Below are positions 1 through 9,306 of a stretch of 64,000 nt of DNA, one piece after another; the first letter of the stretch is position 1; each line of letters begins with the position of its first letter. The stretch lies in NCBI GenBank assembly GCA_014297435.1, contig JACOQA010000001.1, positions 215,796 to 279,795 on the forward strand, read 5' to 3'. The position numbers were made by a program, and so were the translations under genes. This stretch comes from Candidatus Nanohaloarchaea archaeon. GTDB taxonomy: Archaea; Nanohalarchaeota; Nanosalinia; Nanosalinales; Nanosalinaceae. The notes under the pieces are model-generated. The model was not told the DNA's origin. It made no database searches and saw only the letters and a list, made by a program, of their open reading frames with translations.

Positions 1-137
1 GTAGCAGACCGGTCAAAAAGCATTAAAGCCCCGAAAAATAGTATTCCGGCAATTGTAGACCCGGTCTGATTCATTATCCTTGCGTTTGATTCTGAAACGC
101 TGTCAAGCCTGTTTGTTATCTTGTCAGTAATCTTCAT
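1..137 (-). CDS. Partial (5' end) hypothetical membrane protein
   Basis: ATG at 137, open frame MKITDKITNRLDSVSESNARIMNQTGSTIAGILFFGALMLF... running off the window; hydrophobic stretch. Confidence 0.5.
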   Translation of the reverse strand, partial: MKITDKITNRLDSVSESNARIMNQTGSTIAGILFFGALMLFDRSA

Positions 138-372
138 GGGTTCGCCAGCACCTTTTGATTTGAGTATTAGGTAATTTACGGGAAAGGTCTTATCATTCTT
201 TAACGTATTTGATTGGGTTGTTGAGAATGCGGTTTTAGTACAATCATAATTTGTAGGTTGTTAGAACGAGACAGATTAGTAGAAAAATAGGTTATTAACC
301 TGTTAAACATTCTAAGTAGCAGAGCGATGATTTTGGGATGAAAGAGTATCCGTGCCGTGATGCATTTAACTT

Positions 373-389
373 TTACTAAAGAATAACAA
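373..389. promoter_or_regulatory. Pseudo-palindromic motif TTACTA-N5-TAACAA just downstream of TATA box
   Basis: TTACTAaagaaTAACAA; recurs in the same promoter position at 4604, 35918 and 40550. Confidence 0.5.
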
Positions 390-400
390 CGTGTGATAAT

Positions 401-994
401 ATGGCAGAAAACACTACACCACTTTCAATGAAATCATCAGATGTTTATGCAGAAGGGGAAGTTTCACCGTCAAAAGCAGAACACGTAATGACAACACTAA
501 CGAAAGGAAGTGTTGGAGTTGAATATGACGGTCCAGGAGCACTGGAGGACAAAGAGTTAGTTGAACCAGAAGATGCAGTGGATGTTCTCAATACAGCACT
601 AGGATACAGCTCACAGATGACTCCGGATGAACAACTAGAGAGACGGCAACTGATGGAAGAACTAGGATTCGACAACTCAACATATGGAAGCGGATCAGTC
701 GTCCAAGAACTTGTAGAAGGTCATGGCAAACAAGGAGCCGATACTCCGGTGTATCTGATGGCTGCTTTTGATGAAGAATTGGCAGATAAGGAGTCAGGGA
801 TAGCCTCAGAATACGCGGTTGTAGTTGACGACCTTCAAACCGCAGTTAGATCAACCCAAGAAGATTTTGAAGCCAACCTAAAATTCACGGGAAACATGCT
901 AGGCGAATCAACAAGCCAACGAGATGTGCAAGAATACGCTAGAACCGTCGGCGGAGAACTAAGCGAAGCTTACCAGACAATAGCCGACTTATAG
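401..994 (+). CDS. Acidic hypothetical protein
   Basis: 197-aa ORF, D/E-rich like host proteome, TATA upstream, T-rich terminator after. Confidence 0.8.
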   Translation: MAENTTPLSMKSSDVYAEGEVSPSKAEHVMTTLTKGSVGVEYDGPGALEDKELVEPEDAVDVLNTALGYSSQMTPDEQLERRQLMEELGFDNSTYGSGSVVQELVEGHGKQGADTPVYLMAAFDEELADKESGIASEYAVVVDDLQTAVRSTQEDFEANLKFTGNMLGESTSQRDVQEYARTVGGELSEAYQTIADL

Positions 995-1071
995 ATAAAG
1001 AAAAAACCCAACTTCATTTTTACTTTCTTCCTATCTGTAGAATGTGAAGACAATATAGTTCAGTACAGGTT

Positions 1072-1146
1072 TGGACTCTCCGGGATTTGAACCCGGGGCC
1101 TTCTGCTTGCGAAGCAGATGCTCGTCCCAAGCTGAGCTAAGAGCCC
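1072..1146 (-). tRNA. tRNA-Ala(CGC)
   Basis: Reverse complement GGGCTCTTAGCTCAG...TCTGC-TT-CGC-AA-GCAGA...GGTTCAAATCC...GAGTCCA; G3:U70 identity pair; no encoded CCA. Confidence 0.96.
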
Positions 1147-1185
1147 TTCCCTCCAAAAAGGAGATGATGTAGAAAAGTTAAAAAC

Positions 1186-1806
1186 TCAGTTCTGGTCTTC
1201 CTGGATCTCCAGAGGTAATTCTTTGTCTTCACGGATTCCGGTAGTCATCACAAGTTTGAGACCTTCTTTGACCGAGATGTCTACATCCTCTACGTTGTCT
1301 TCTTCAGCGATTATTAGGTGTCCGGCTGTAGGATTGGGGCTTTGTGGTATGAAGATGTTGATTTTTTCTCCAAGTTCCTCGGGGGAGTCTCCTGTTACAA
1401 ATCCTATGCTTTCGATACCTTCTCTAGGATATTCTACTAGTACGACGCGCTGGTACCTGCTTTTTTCCACCATAGAGTTAGCAAGATGTCTGACAGAGAA
1501 ATAGATTGTTCTTACTAGTGGTATGAGGTTGATGGCTCTTCCTCCGCCGCCCAGTATTCTTCTTCCAAAGGTGCTGGCTGCTAATAGACCTATGAAAGTC
1601 ACAAGTGTGATTATTGTAAGCCCGGTTAGTAGTTGTGCTACTAGTTCTATGTTTGCCGTATACCGAGCTAGACCTAGGTTGATAACTATAGGGTTGATAA
1701 TGCCCAGAGCCCAGGTGAAAACAAGTTTTAGAACGAATATTGTAACAGCTAAAGGAGCTAGAATTATTGCGCCGGTGATAAACGAGTTTTTGAGCTTGTA
1801 TCTCAT
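1186..1806 (-). CDS. DUF502 family membrane protein
   Basis: N-terminal TMs, IPLVRTIY, VVLVEYPREG, FIPQSPNPTAG motifs. Confidence 0.88.
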   Translation of the reverse strand: MRYKLKNSFITGAIILAPLAVTIFVLKLVFTWALGIINPIVINLGLARYTANIELVAQLLTGLTIITLVTFIGLLAASTFGRRILGGGGRAINLIPLVRTIYFSVRHLANSMVEKSRYQRVVLVEYPREGIESIGFVTGDSPEELGEKINIFIPQSPNPTAGHLIIAEEDNVEDVDISVKEGLKLVMTTGIREDKELPLEIQEDQN

Positions 1807-1844
1807 GCTAACAACAGGTCTTTTCTATGGTATAAACCTTGTGT

Positions 1845-2030
1845 TCAGCTCGAATGTTTTGAGTAGTATTTTGAAACAATACTTACAAGAACAACCATCA
1901 ATGTCGCGAAAACAATTAAACCCTCTACTAGACCGATAGTAGTGATGGCTACAGCTGTTAAAACCATTATAGACAAGTTCAGGATGGAGAATACAGCGAA
2001 AAGTTTGGTCGCCCTGCGGTCGATCTCCAT
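1845..2030 (-). CDS. Small two-TM membrane protein
   Basis: ATG at 2030, 61 aa, two hydrophobic helices. Confidence 0.55.
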   Translation of the reverse strand: MEIDRRATKLFAVFSILNLSIMVLTAVAITTIGLVEGLIVFATLMVVLVSIVSKYYSKHSS

Positions 2031-2085
2031 ACTCAATAAAAACAAGTCCGGGGTTTAAATCTCTACAGCTAAATAATAGGGAAAT

Positions 2086-2292
2086 ATGAGTTTGTTACAC
2101 GCAGCAATCGGTTTTTTCGCCGGAACATTCGTAGGTCTTGGGCTATCAGTGCTCTACATTAGGTGGAAAATAAGGTCCCAGCTCGGCGCCATGCAGCAGC
2201 AGATGGACTCGATGTTTGAAGCAACAGAAGCGATGAACGATTCTTTTGATGATATCGAGGAAGCTGATTTTGAAGAAAAAGAAGAGGAGTAG
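2086..2292 (+). CDS. Small single-TM protein with acidic tail
   Basis: 68-aa ORF, N-terminal TM, TTTAAA upstream. Confidence 0.7.
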   Translation: MSLLHAAIGFFAGTFVGLGLSVLYIRWKIRSQLGAMQQQMDSMFEATEAMNDSFDDIEEADFEEKEEE

Positions 2293-2296
2293 AGAG

Positions 2297-2530
2297 CTAT
2301 TCCATCTCCGATATCTTGTAGCCGAACCAGATCTGGTAGAGACCTGAAAGCCCTACAAGCAGGTAAACTGTTGCCTCAAGCGTCCCTTCCATAACGTCTC
2401 CAAACAGCATGGCTACAAGGTTCCAGTTGCTCTCGAAGAAGTATCCTAGGCCGATAAGACCCCAGTTCAAGGCACCTATAATCACAAGGGTCAGGGTTGC
2501 CCAGTCTAGGAAGTTCAAGTTTCTATTCAT
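2297..2530 (-). CDS. DUF378 family membrane protein
   Basis: LVIIGALNWGLIG...NLVAMLFG...YLLVGLSGLY signature. Confidence 0.9.
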   Translation of the reverse strand: MNRNLNFLDWATLTLVIIGALNWGLIGLGYFFESNWNLVAMLFGDVMEGTLEATVYLLVGLSGLYQIWFGYKISEME

Positions 2531-2595
2531 AAAGTTTGATCACCTGTGAGGTTTTCCTACTTCCCGAGTTATAAGCAACGCTGTACTCTATCTAA

Positions 2596-2958
2596 CTATT
2601 TCCCGTTTTCAAGTCTTTCAGCGGTCTTCTCCATCTCATCAGAGATTGAGTGAAGCTGCTCGATGAAAGCCTCTGTCTTCGCATTGTACTGCTCGTCGAT
2701 CTCAATGTTTCTCAACGATTTACGTACATGAGCCTCTTTTACCTTCGCCATCATCTCTGCATCGTCCATAGTCTGGTCGATAATCTCGTCCAGAAGCTCG
2801 GAGAGAACACAGTTTATGACGTGTGGAACATCTCCGTCTAGTGTCTGTTCCTCGTCCATGTTTTCTCTTAGAAGTCGTGCGATCCTCCCCTCAGATAATG
2901 CAAGATCGGAGTTTTCCAGCTGACCGTAGTTGTCAGGTACAAGCTTCTCTAAATTCAT
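2596..2958 (-). CDS. Probable coiled-coil-type histone-fold protein
   Basis: LSEGRIARLLRENMD (alpha1), long alpha2, alpha3, then C-terminal amphipathic coiled coil. Confidence 0.55.
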   Translation of the reverse strand: MNLEKLVPDNYGQLENSDLALSEGRIARLLRENMDEEQTLDGDVPHVINCVLSELLDEIIDQTMDDAEMMAKVKEAHVRKSLRNIEIDEQYNAKTEAFIEQLHSISDEMEKTAERLENGK

Positions 2959-2981
2959 AGAACTGTATGGAGAAGAAAAAT

Positions 2982-3425
2982 TTAAACGGGTTCAGTCTTG
3001 AATCCACCGTTCCCGTTTCTCCAGTTCTTCTCATTCCTCTCCAAAGGATCTGCTATTATCTCATCATCAGTCATTTCATAACACTCAAGTATAAAGTCGG
3101 CTCTAACGTCTGTATAATTTTCGTAGACCTCCTTCGCCGATTCCCGAACATCTTGAGCTTTAACACCATCTCTGGGAGATTCAAGGTGATCGGAGACATC
3201 TTTAAGCTTATTAATTATACTACTTAGTTGTCTCATTCTTTCCTCTGTCGCAATAAGTGTTTCAGCCGCTTTATCGGTTTCCTCGCAGTACTGTCCTGTT
3301 TCAACTCCTGTCGTCTCCTTGTACTGTTCCAAGGTATCAAGATATGTGTTGAAGACATGTTCTGCGATACCGAGTTCGGCTTTTGCTGTCTCAACTTTGC
3401 TGTATAGCTCTGAGATGTCCGTCAA
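2982..3425 (-). CDS. Hypothetical helical acidic protein
   Basis: 147-aa ORF with host-like composition. Confidence 0.7.
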   Translation of the reverse strand: MTDISELYSKVETAKAELGIAEHVFNTYLDTLEQYKETTGVETGQYCEETDKAAETLIATEERMRQLSSIINKLKDVSDHLESPRDGVKAQDVRESAKEVYENYTDVRADFILECYEMTDDEIIADPLERNEKNWRNGNGGFKTEPV

Positions 3426-3493
3426 GTGTAGGACCCTTCGAAGTCTTGGTTTGGATCAAGTTAAATAATTTAGGGCGAAAAGTCAGGTTACAA

Positions 3494-3568
3494 GCCCGAA
3501 TGGTGTAGTCTGGCCAATCATTTTGCCCTCTCGAGGCAAAGACCCGAGTTCAAATCTCGGTTCGGGCA
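3494..3568 (+). tRNA. tRNA-Glu(CTC)
   Basis: GCCCGAA acceptor / TTCGGGC, anticodon arm TTGCC-CT-CTC-GA-GGCAA, GTTCAAATC T-loop. Confidence 0.96.
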
Positions 3569-3668
3569 TGGTTCATATAGTTAAACACTCTCCGGTTATA
3601 GTTTCTAAACTTTATGCTCCTGGCAGCTTCCTAGAAATGAAAAGAAAAAGATTTGATGCGGATTTCTG

Positions 3669-4598
3669 TTAACCCTCAAATAGTTCGTTGATTTCGTCCC
3701 TGTGTCTCTTGGTCTCGAATGTTCCTGTTCCGGCAGTTTTCTGAATCTCTTTCTTATTCATATCGGTCTCGTTTTCCAGTATTACCGATGATACGATTCT
3801 AGGATCTTTGCCAGAGATTGTGAGGTTCATTAGATCTTCCTCATAATCGTCCGGAACTCTTTCTGAAAGTATCTCTGCTGTTTTTTCAGCACCTAGCCCG
3901 TCTTCGCCATACATCAGGTCTTGAATCTGTCGGTTCGGCACAAATGAAACGCCCTCCTCTTTCAGACCTTCATCATTCACGAAAAACTCTATTGCTTGAG
4001 AAGTCTTCTTAGGCTCAGAAGACGAAGCAATTTTGTCCGCAAACACTCCGGAATGTTTTTCAATAGCCTTAGCAGCCTCTTTAGGTTTATTGCTACTGTA
4101 AATTTCGTCTCTAAATTCTTCCCCGGCTATTTCTTCTGCTTCAAGGTATTTTTCTACTCTTGAAGCATTTCTAGCTACGCGGGAGTTACTTGCGTTGAAA
4201 ACTTCTGCAGCTTCGTCAGGCGTGTTTTCCGTCAAAACACTGTAGATTCCTGCAGTATATGTTTTTGCTTTCCCGCCGTCTTCTTCGATATGGTTGTCGA
4301 TTAAGGTATGGAATTTTTCAGGAACTAATGCCTTATATCCTTCTACAACGTCTGAATTATCTTCGCCGTAGCCTAGTGCTTCACCTGTTTCTCTTACTGT
4401 TACTGGAGTTACTCCTGCCTTATCAGCAGCCTCCTTCTGATTTAGGTCTTCTTCATAGTGTAGCACGGCACCAATAGCTCCGGAGGCTTTTCTACCTGAA
4501 GCCACAGCATCGTATACTTCTTGCTCATAGCCTTCGGGTATGTTTTCTAACGTCTCGTCTGGTATCAACTGTCGAACCTTGTTTTCATCTAGACCCAT
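3669..4598 (-). CDS. Hypothetical protein with three TFB-C-terminal-like cyclin/HTH modules
   Basis: Likely ATG at 4598 after TTTATAAA; SGRKASGAIGAVL..LNQKEAADKAGVTPVTVR resembles TFB GKSPxG..TQREVAEVAGVTEVTIR. Confidence 0.6.
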   Translation of the reverse strand: MGLDENKVRQLIPDETLENIPEGYEQEVYDAVASGRKASGAIGAVLHYEEDLNQKEAADKAGVTPVTVRETGEALGYGEDNSDVVEGYKALVPEKFHTLIDNHIEEDGGKAKTYTAGIYSVLTENTPDEAAEVFNASNSRVARNASRVEKYLEAEEIAGEEFRDEIYSSNKPKEAAKAIEKHSGVFADKIASSSEPKKTSQAIEFFVNDEGLKEEGVSFVPNRQIQDLMYGEDGLGAEKTAEILSERVPDDYEEDLMNLTISGKDPRIVSSVILENETDMNKKEIQKTAGTGTFETKRHRDEINELFEG

Positions 4599-4669
4599 GA
4601 TAATTACTCTACCGTAACAAAAATTTATAAATTCTTTTTCAGAAGTAGAAGAGAAAAAATGAGTCAATT

Positions 4670-6271
4670 CTAGTCTTTTTTCTCAAACCTCACTGACTGG
4701 TTTTCTCCAATCTCTATCTTGTTTACTAATTCTCCGTTCTCCATAACGACTACGTTCCATACTCCTTCAGTTGTTTCTCCTGAGGTCTGGTTGCCTTCTG
4801 TTGGTGTTCCGTTCTCAACTTCTTCGTTCTGTAGGAAGTCAATGATCTGCTGATCTGTTTCAGCGTTTATGACGTCGCCGCTCTGTGCATTGACGAATGA
4901 GGTAAATGCTATTCCGGCGGAGTCAAGCGGAACCACTCTGACCTGCCAGTAGAGCTGGTCGTTAACAACCACGGGGATTGGCTCTGAAGGTTTGAAACCG
5001 GTTTGAACGTTTTCGCTGGAGCTTGATATGTCCGCCCAGTTCACCTTCGAGTTCGCCTTCCTTACGTAGTTGGTTGCTTTGTTTGCTCCTAGAAGCGCCT
5101 CACTTCTGTTAAGCTTTAGTACGGAGTAGTCTCCGGTATCTGCATCGATCGTCCAGATCTGGAAGAGTCCCTGAGCGTTTCCGTAAGGTTCGGCTGCTAC
5201 GAAAAGTTTCACGCCTTCTTGTGTCAGGATCGTGAACGGCTGATCGTTTCCTACCCCTGGAACTCCAGCAACTTCCAACTGATCTCTGTGCGTAAACCAG
5301 GCGTTGATAATACCGTTCTTGTAAGCTAAAGAACTTACCTTCTTTTTCGCTAGGTCGTAAGGATAGAGTCTCTGGTCTTGAAGCACTTCGTTCTGTCTTG
5401 CTTCTTCAGGTTCCAGAAAGTCGATGTTTCCTTCAGGGTTTACCAGTGCGACTCCAGACCAGTCAGGTGTCGTGTAGAATATTGGCGAGTCGAAGTGGAA
5501 CTCGTAGTCCTTGTAAGGAACTGCGATGTAGGTCTTTCCATCGTGTTCGATGTTGATAGGATCTTCGTACTTAACCCAGTACTTCTCTTTCTTCAAACGC
5601 CACATCACGTTGTCGGTTACTCCCATTCCAAGTCCTGCTTCCATTTCGTCCTCCGTGTAGCTGATTCTCTTGTTCTGGGTTGTCATGTCTACGAAGGTTG
5701 CTCCTTTCTGCTCCAACGCAAAGTAGTTGTAGAGTCCGTCAGGTTTTTTCGGCATCGACCAGTAAGGCGTTCCGTTATCCGAGATAGAGATATCTGCGTC
5801 GCCTAAAGTATATCTAGGTGTTTGGAGAGAGTTTGATGCGTACTCCTCTGCAACCGATTTAGGTAGGACGCGTGGTCTCTGCGGGTCGATATCCGGCAAA
5901 CTCTGCAATTTGTTAGCGTTATCCTGAACTTCTCCTGCGAGTTCCTCCATCTCAAAAGCGTTTGAGAGAGGCATTCCAAATACTAGTAGAGGCACTAGTA
6001 GTACTGAGATCCCTAGAAGCCATACGTTGGCTCTTCCTGCATCGAACTGTTCTTCGGAGTCAAGTGCTTGTAGTTTTTCAGCAAGAGTCTTTCCTGCTAT
6101 CGCAACTCCGAGTACTGTTAGACCAGCTACCTGCAGCAGATACGGGTTTGAATATATGCCGATCAGCATGCCATGTAGCCATGGTCTGAAGAAGTAGGTC
6201 AGACCTCCGAGGATAATTATTGGTGTTAGCAAACCGATTATTTTTCCGGCTTCAAGCTCTTTTAGTTTCAT
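4670..6271 (-). CDS. Membrane-anchored hypothetical protein (3 N-terminal TMs, large extracellular domain)
   Basis: 533-aa ORF, hydrophobic N-terminus, beta-rich C-terminal region. Confidence 0.8.
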   Translation of the reverse strand: MKLKELEAGKIIGLLTPIIILGGLTYFFRPWLHGMLIGIYSNPYLLQVAGLTVLGVAIAGKTLAEKLQALDSEEQFDAGRANVWLLGISVLLVPLLVFGMPLSNAFEMEELAGEVQDNANKLQSLPDIDPQRPRVLPKSVAEEYASNSLQTPRYTLGDADISISDNGTPYWSMPKKPDGLYNYFALEQKGATFVDMTTQNKRISYTEDEMEAGLGMGVTDNVMWRLKKEKYWVKYEDPINIEHDGKTYIAVPYKDYEFHFDSPIFYTTPDWSGVALVNPEGNIDFLEPEEARQNEVLQDQRLYPYDLAKKKVSSLAYKNGIINAWFTHRDQLEVAGVPGVGNDQPFTILTQEGVKLFVAAEPYGNAQGLFQIWTIDADTGDYSVLKLNRSEALLGANKATNYVRKANSKVNWADISSSSENVQTGFKPSEPIPVVVNDQLYWQVRVVPLDSAGIAFTSFVNAQSGDVINAETDQQIIDFLQNEEVENGTPTEGNQTSGETTEGVWNVVVMENGELVNKIEIGENQSVRFEKKD

Positions 6272-6344
6272 ACCTAGTTATTGTAGGTAAGGATGTTTTA
6301 TTCTTCCGGAAAGATTATTGAACTTATCAGTTCATTCATGAGTT

Positions 6345-7103
6345 ATGATTCTTGACAAGATACTTTTTAGCACATCAATCTACTTCCAGACAATAAGGTT
6401 TGGAGCTGCTTTTATCCTCGGAATGTTGTTCACGCGGGCGGTGCTGATGCCTGTCTCCGGACGGCTTTTCTCTAAAAGACCGGGCAAGAAAGCAGAGCAC
6501 TCCGCAGAAAACATAACAGGGCTTCTAGGCATATTCGTAACTGTAGTTCTATCTTTACAGGTAGGAGGGTTCGGTAACCTTCTGACACTTGTAGGAACTA
6601 TAGCAGCTGCGGCAACAGTAGCTATCGGATTCGGTATGAGAGATCAAGTTTCTAGTGTGATCGCAGGATTCTTCCTCTACACAGACAATCCGTTCCTCAG
6701 AGGCGACTACATCAAGGTAAACGAAACAGAGGGAAGAGTGAAAGAAATTAATTTGAGGACAACAGTTCTCAACGGTCATAACTCGGAAAAACAGATAGTT
6801 CCAAACAGCATCCTGACTACAAACAACGTCAAGAACTTTACGAAAGCCGAGAGAACCAAGCTAAGCCTTGAGTTTAAAGGAGAAGCTTCGGAAGAATTCG
6901 AGCAGAAAATCCTTGACATAATTAAAGAGGAGGAAGAGATTCTTGGAAGACCTGAACCTGAAATTGTCTATACAGGTTTAGATGATGGAAAACCTGTTAT
7001 GCAGGTTCATTCCTGGGTAAAAGAATCCGCTGACTACAGAAAAATACGTTCAAACGTTTACAGAAAAATCGCCCCACTTATCGAAGATAAAGAAGAGGAG
7101 TAG
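6345..7103 (+). CDS. mscS: Small-conductance mechanosensitive channel (MscS family)
   Basis: AIGFGMRD...PFLRGDYI...GRVKEINLRTT...VPNS motifs. Confidence 0.92.
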   Translation: MILDKILFSTSIYFQTIRFGAAFILGMLFTRAVLMPVSGRLFSKRPGKKAEHSAENITGLLGIFVTVVLSLQVGGFGNLLTLVGTIAAAATVAIGFGMRDQVSSVIAGFFLYTDNPFLRGDYIKVNETEGRVKEINLRTTVLNGHNSEKQIVPNSILTTNNVKNFTKAERTKLSLEFKGEASEEFEQKILDIIKEEEEILGRPEPEIVYTGLDDGKPVMQVHSWVKESADYRKIRSNVYRKIAPLIEDKEEE

Positions 7104-7134
7104 TCTTTAACCCTGTCAATGAACATGTTTAGGT

Positions 7135-7683
7135 ATGAGTCTGGAGAAAGCAAGTTTCGGAATGGGATGTTTCTGGAGTCCTGAAGCCTTATTTGGATCG
7201 ACCAAAGGCGTTAAGAGGACTAAAGTAGGTTACTCGGGAGGCGAAAAGGATGATCCCGACTACCACCACTTAGGAAGACACACAGAAACCGTTCAGATAG
7301 AGTTTGATCCTGAGATAATCTCTTACGATGAACTTCTCGAGATATTCTGGGGCAACCATGATTTCGGTGAGAAAAGGAAGGATCAGTACCGTTCTGTAAT
7401 ATTTTTCCACTCCGAATCTCAGAGGAAGAAGGCTGAAGGATCGATGAGAGAGAATACAGAGACAGATCTGGAGCCGATGACTGTTTTCTACGATGCGGAG
7501 AACTACCACCAAAAGTTTAGACTAAGGCATTCTCCTTTGGCAGACTTCTTTGATAGTCCTGAGGAGATCAAGAGTTCGGAACTGGCTGCTAGATTAAACG
7601 CATTTGCGGGGGGAAAACTCACCAAGAAAGAGCTGGACGAATTAATCGAGTTGCCTGCCGAGATAGCTCAGAAGCTTGACTGA
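7135..7683 (+). CDS. msrA: Peptide methionine sulfoxide reductase A
   Basis: GCFW, VGYSGG, HTETVQ, AENYHQK motifs. Confidence 0.95.
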   Translation: MSLEKASFGMGCFWSPEALFGSTKGVKRTKVGYSGGEKDDPDYHHLGRHTETVQIEFDPEIISYDELLEIFWGNHDFGEKRKDQYRSVIFFHSESQRKKAEGSMRENTETDLEPMTVFYDAENYHQKFRLRHSPLADFFDSPEEIKSSELAARLNAFAGGKLTKKELDELIELPAEIAQKLD

Positions 7684-7719
7684 AAACCTATATACATAGG
7701 TTCGTCTCAATTCTAGACT

Positions 7720-8904
7720 GTGAAACGCATAGAGGTCACAATTCCCAAGAAGAATGAACAGGACGTCTTGGAAGTACTGGAGGATCGTGATCATACCGCA
7801 ACGGTCATAGAGGCTGAAAAAGACGGTGAAGATATTGTCAGATGTGAATTTGTACAGGACTCGGCTGAAGTCGACGAGGTAATACAGGATCTAAAAGACA
7901 TTAAGGAGATTGATTCAGGCGATCTTACGGTAGAGCTTATAGAGCAAAAGGCCTACGTTGAGAAAGGTAAAAGAAGGAAAGGCGGAAGTTCCTCTATCTC
8001 TGCGAATGAAATGTATTCGAAGGCTTTTGATTTCTCCAGTTTTGACGTTAAGTCCTGGTCTTTGATCGGTCTGGCATCCGCAATAGCGGTTATGGGGCTT
8101 GCTGCCGAGAACTTAATCGTTGTTATAGGCGCTATGGTTATTGCTCCGATGCTAGGTCCTTTTATGTCAAGCTCTTTCGGACTTGTTATTGGGGACAGAA
8201 AGATAATAAGACAGAGCATGGTTTACGGGGCAGGAAGTATACTGATGGCTGTAATATTTTCAGCAATAATTTCACTTCCTTTTAATATAGAAACGAATAG
8301 TTTGATATCTTTGATAGCAGATCCGGGATTCACCACAGTCCCTCTCTCACTCTTTGTAGGAAGCGCTTCCGCGGTTGCCTTTTCAACAGAGGCAAGAGAA
8401 ACTTTAGCAGGCGTAGCTGTCGCAATCGCTTTAGTGCCGCCATCAGCTGTTGCAGGAATAGCTATCTCAGCTTTAAACTTTGATTTGATGTTTCATGTAT
8501 CTCTTGTAATTCTGAGCAACGTCATGGCATTAATACTTGCCGGATCTGTTACTTTCAAGCTTCTTGGAGTGTCGCCAGCAACTTACTACCGTAAAAAGGT
8601 TTCAAAGGATAAGATGAGGAAGGCAGTAGCAGTATCAGGTATTTCGCTTGTTTTGATAGGGGGGATTGTCGGCTTTCTTTCCTATCAAGATCTCCAGGAA
8701 TCTAGACAGGTCGAGACAGTTCAGAAAAATTTAGATGAGAGATTTGGTCAGAGACTTCTTTCTAGTGATGTGGAAGGTAACTCTGATTCTTTGGAGGTTA
8801 CATCTGTAGTTGTTGAATCGAGTGTTAACTCGACAGAGCTAGAGGAGAGTTTGGAGTCGAATACTGGTGTAGAGGTAGACCTTAATTTCTATACTGTTTC
8901 TTAA
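7720..8904 (+). CDS. TIGR00341/DUF389 family membrane protein
   Basis: VVIGAMVIAPMLGP and GVAVAIALVPP motifs. Confidence 0.9.
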   Translation: MKRIEVTIPKKNEQDVLEVLEDRDHTATVIEAEKDGEDIVRCEFVQDSAEVDEVIQDLKDIKEIDSGDLTVELIEQKAYVEKGKRRKGGSSSISANEMYSKAFDFSSFDVKSWSLIGLASAIAVMGLAAENLIVVIGAMVIAPMLGPFMSSSFGLVIGDRKIIRQSMVYGAGSILMAVIFSAIISLPFNIETNSLISLIADPGFTTVPLSLFVGSASAVAFSTEARETLAGVAVAIALVPPSAVAGIAISALNFDLMFHVSLVILSNVMALILAGSVTFKLLGVSPATYYRKKVSKDKMRKAVAVSGISLVLIGGIVGFLSYQDLQESRQVETVQKNLDERFGQRLLSSDVEGNSDSLEVTSVVVESSVNSTELEESLESNTGVEVDLNFYTVS

Positions 8905-9260
8905 ATTCCGGGTATGCCTATTGCTCCGAAACTAGCGAGGTTAAAGGCTCCAAGTATGTAGAATATTATAATTACGGTAAACCATGCAATAACTGAGATT
9001 AGGATGGCTGAGAAAAGACCTCCTTCATAACGCGCATTAATGAAACCAAGCCAGATTAGGAACGCAAGTAAAGGACCTAGTAGCGGGATCCATCCAAGGA
9101 AAAAACCTGCAATTGACCATACTAGCCCTCCGATTAATGCTGTAAGAAGGGCATAGCTGAAGTCGTCCTCGCCAGTTACCAGTTTTGCACCGGTGTAGAT
9201 GCCCAGTGTGCCTATAGCGAGACTGACGGCGAAGACGACGAGCGAATCAATCAGAGACAT
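8901..9260 (-). CDS. Four-TM hypothetical membrane protein
   Basis: 119 aa, hydrophobic, GWIPLLGPLL motif. Confidence 0.8.
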   Translation of the reverse strand: MSLIDSLVVFAVSLAIGTLGIYTGAKLVTGEDDFSYALLTALIGGLVWSIAGFFLGWIPLLGPLLAFLIWLGFINARYEGGLFSAILISVIAWFTVIIIFYILGAFNLASFGAIGIPGI

Positions 9261-9306
9261 AGTAATGTTTTATTTGGTGTTTGATTAAAGGTTTTGTTGG
9301 TTTATC

